DNA of 64,000 nt from an uncultured Methanosarcinaceae archaeon (GTDB lineage Archaea; Halobacteriota; Methanosarcinia; Methanosarcinales; Methanosarcinaceae), in contig CAWJYV010000008.1 of the NCBI GenBank assembly GCA_963847185.1, positions 608,001 to 672,000 of the forward strand, read 5' to 3'. Made by a program: the position numbers and the translations under genes. The notes beneath the pieces were generated by a model. The model did no database searches. It was not told the DNA's origin and worked only from the letters and a program-made list of their open reading frames with translations. Each line of letters begins with the position of its first letter. The stretch's first letter is position 1. Shown here piece after piece: positions 62,370 to 64,000 of this stretch.

Positions 62370-62407
62370 GAAGACAAAATAAAACAAAAAACCTGGGAGG
62401 GTTTGGG

Positions 62408-62875
62408 ATAAACGAAGAATCTGAAGAAAACCTGCTTTGCATACCCTTTTCAGAGGAGCAGCTCGAAGAGGTAAAAAAATATGCGGCTCTGAACAAGATG
62501 GAGGTTGAAGAGTTTATAAGGAATGTTTGCCTAACTCACTGCCTCCAGCAAATGGAATATATATATGGGCAGAGAGGAGAAGTACCTCCCGAATGTGGAG
62601 GAGGGCCTGCAAAACCGGAAAGCGGATCAAAAACCGAGCCAAGGAAAATTGAAGTAAGTGAGCAAAAGAAAATTGAAATGAAAGGTAAGCCAACTTCAAA
62701 AGATCTGCTCGATGGGCCGCTAATTCTGGATCAGCAGTGCATAATGGATTTATTTGCAATCAAACGAGAGTTCTGTGATACTTCAAATAACAAAATAATT
62801 ACTGTTGCCCTGAAGCTGGGTTTAAATCAGCTCAGTGTGGCTCTTGACATGCTCAAGCATAAACTGAAAGAATGA
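62408..62875 (+). CDS. Putative ribbon-helix-helix-like protein; probable ATA start at 62408
   Basis: GGAGGG 6 nt before an in-frame ATA; the extension gives LCIPFSEEQLEEVKKYAALNKMEVEEFIRNV (beta-alpha-alpha pattern). Confidence 0.55.
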   Translation: MNEESEENLLCIPFSEEQLEEVKKYAALNKMEVEEFIRNVCLTHCLQQMEYIYGQRGEVPPECGGGPAKPESGSKTEPRKIEVSEQKKIEMKGKPTSKDLLDGPLILDQQCIMDLFAIKREFCDTSNNKIITVALKLGLNQLSVALDMLKHKLKE

Positions 62876-63023
62876 CTGAAGCAAAAAAGGAGAAATTAAA
62901 GATAAAGATCTAAAGTCCCTTTGTAAGCAATTTTTTGCAGGTACGGTTTTTGAATGAGGAACTTCGGATCTTTCAGATTTTACCGTTTTTTAGGTCTTGC
63001 TATTTGATTTTATATCTTATTTT

Positions 63024-63578
63024 TTATGCCTTACTGTTAAACCATTCAAGGAACTTATCAATGGCCCTGCGCCGGTGGGAAACCTTATTCTTCTCGGCAT
63101 CTCCGAGTTCTCCGAAGGTTATGCCGTTATACTCAAAAATTGGATCATACCCAAAACCGCCTGTGCCTCTCTCTTCGTATGCTATTTTTCCTTCGACAAC
63201 GCCTGGAAAAACCAGAGGCTCTTTTCCGGGTTCGCAGTACCCGATTACGGTCTTGAAATAAGCGCTCCTGTCTTCTTCTCCTTCCATCAGTTTGAGCACT
63301 TTAGGGTTTCCGAGTTTGTCCTCTATAAAACGTGAGTAAGGGCCTGGAAAGCCATTTAAGGCATTTATGAATATACCTGAGTCATCAACCATTACAGGCA
63401 TGTTGAGTTTATTTGCAACATATTGCGCTCCATAAGCTGCAATAGGTTCAAGTTCATCTTCCTGAAGTTCGGGGTAGCCGTCTTTATCCTGAATAACTTC
63501 TATTCCGAAAGCTGTGAGAATGTCCCTTACTTCAGCAAACTTGCCCTTATTTCCAGTAACAAAAACAATCTTATGCAT
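63024..63578 (-). CDS. rdgB: XTP/dITP diphosphatase
   Basis: TGNKGK, DDSG, GFPGPYS, GFGYDPIF and KNKVSHR motifs. Confidence 0.95.
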   Translation of the reverse strand: MHKIVFVTGNKGKFAEVRDILTAFGIEVIQDKDGYPELQEDELEPIAAYGAQYVANKLNMPVMVDDSGIFINALNGFPGPYSRFIEDKLGNPKVLKLMEGEEDRSAYFKTVIGYCEPGKEPLVFPGVVEGKIAYEERGTGGFGYDPIFEYNGITFGELGDAEKNKVSHRRRAIDKFLEWFNSKA

Positions 63579-64000
63579 AGCGAGCCCTCTTTTTTATTTC
63601 TTCAACGCGCTTGAGCACATCCTCTGAATCTATAAAAGTACTTTGATACCCTTTTTTGAAAGCTTCTATAAGAGCTTCATGAGCCTGGTGTGTGCTCTCA
63701 AAAGTCTGGAAAAGCACATGAACATCTACACCTCTTGCTTCCAGGCCTTTATCAAAATAAGCAAGCCCGAAGTCCACCAGATATAGCCTCTCGCCTGCAA
63801 GCAGGAGATTTGAGGTGGTCAGGTCTCCGTGTACTATTCCCGAGCTGTGGAGTTTTCCTACAAGTTCCCCTACTTTTTCTGAAATTTCAGGCGTAATCAG
63901 GTACTTTATGGGAACTCCTTCGATAAACTGCATCTTGAGCTTGAAATCTTCTACATCGTAGATAATCGGTGTTGAAACTCCACTGCGCCGGGCTTCAGAC
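63571..64000 (-). CDS. bud32: KEOPS kinase Bud32 (3' part, truncated by the window edge; may be Kae1-fused)
   Basis: SEARRSGVSTP, HGDLTTSN, DFGL, ARGVDVHV and RARY motifs. Confidence 0.9.
   Translation of the reverse strand, partial: SEARRSGVSTPIIYDVEDFKLKMQFIEGVPIKYLITPEISEKVGELVGKLHSSGIVHGDLTTSNLLLAGERLYLVDFGLAYFDKGLEARGVDVHVLFQTFESTHQAHEALIEAFKKGYQSTFIDSEDVLKRVEEIKKRARYA

Noticed and set aside
62150-62370. CRISPR array
   Set aside because: Units are 12-13 bp contiguous repeats with no unique spacers and no cas genes nearby
1-64000. Pyrrolysine (TAG) read-through genes
   Set aside because: The accepted CDSs I checked end in TAA or TGA, and I saw no gene split at an in-frame amber codon

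Overview
The window looks like Methanosarcina-type (methanogenic archaeal) chromosome, judged from gene content and protein families. Housekeeping genes include cfbDCB (coenzyme F430), endA, hflX, nnr, moaC, prs, mre11-rad50, uppS, rdgB and a partial bud32. Two accessory loci stand out. The first is a surface-glycan locus (about 8.4-22.6 kb): GT4 transferases, Wzm/Wzt, a coiled-coil methyltransferase, two Gmd paralogues and AglB. The second is a carrier-protein biosynthetic cluster (about 51.3-58.1 kb): Sfp-type PPTase, ACP/PCP, adenylation enzyme, Cys-rich PP-loop (AANH) enzyme, divergent NadE, DUF362-ferredoxin and a hexapeptide acyltransferase. This cluster is the best candidate for an undescribed system. 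Five genes appear to start at near-cognate codons (ATA x2, CTG x2, ACG) upstream of the ORF-track starts. There is also a probable sRNA at about 7146-7260, a structured leader upstream of the ornithine decarboxylase, and several MITE-like elements. No rRNA, tRNA, CRISPR array or intact transposase was seen. All family calls come from motif recognition by eye; no searches were run.
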